This document shows, piece by piece, positions 63,907 to 64,000 of a stretch of DNA of 64,000 nucleotides. Under the pieces are notes generated by a model that was not told the origin of the DNA, made no database searches, and saw only the letters and a list, made by a program, of their open reading frames with translations. Position 1 is the stretch's first letter. Every line of letters begins with the position of its first letter. The stretch spans positions 383,192 to 447,191 of the forward strand of contig NMRA01000327.1 in NCBI GenBank assembly GCA_002633005.1, given 5' to 3'. This stretch comes from Phoronis australis. Lineage: Eukaryota; Animalia; Phoronida. Both the position numbers and the translations under genes were made by a program.

Positions 63907-64000
63907 GATATCCCATATAACAGTGAAAATGTTGCTTTTTGAGATATATGTTACAGATTTCCCAGAATATTTCCCTTTACCTGACTTACTCATGCAGTGA

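Overview
AT-rich, intron-rich animal genomic DNA, most likely from a bilaterian invertebrate; the species cannot be read from sequence. Most ORF-track entries are exon fragments or noise, so genes were spliced by hand. Six protein-coding genes are present: a secreted Spaetzle/neurotrophin-like cystine-knot gene (+, 2397-4484), LMAN1/ERGIC-53 (-, 8354-23894), POLE2 (+, 24003-33829), CLHC1 (-, 35060-49108), a C6orf118-like gene (+, 53147-61859) and the 3' end of AP4S1 (-, 62755-63179). There are two head-to-head pairs: LMAN1/POLE2 with start codons only 108 bp apart, and CLHC1/C6orf118-like, which both carry a TSNAXIP1_N-type segment. Splicing oddities include two minor-spliceosome (U12) introns, a 12-nt micro-exon, a GC-AG intron and a triplicated splice donor. 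Repeats include a full-length Ty3/gypsy element with identical 74-bp LTRs but a damaged RT, several MITEs, minisatellites, and degenerate ~140-160-bp tandem arrays whose units carry CTCF-like motifs. Gene names rest on recalled similarity to known proteins, not on database searches.
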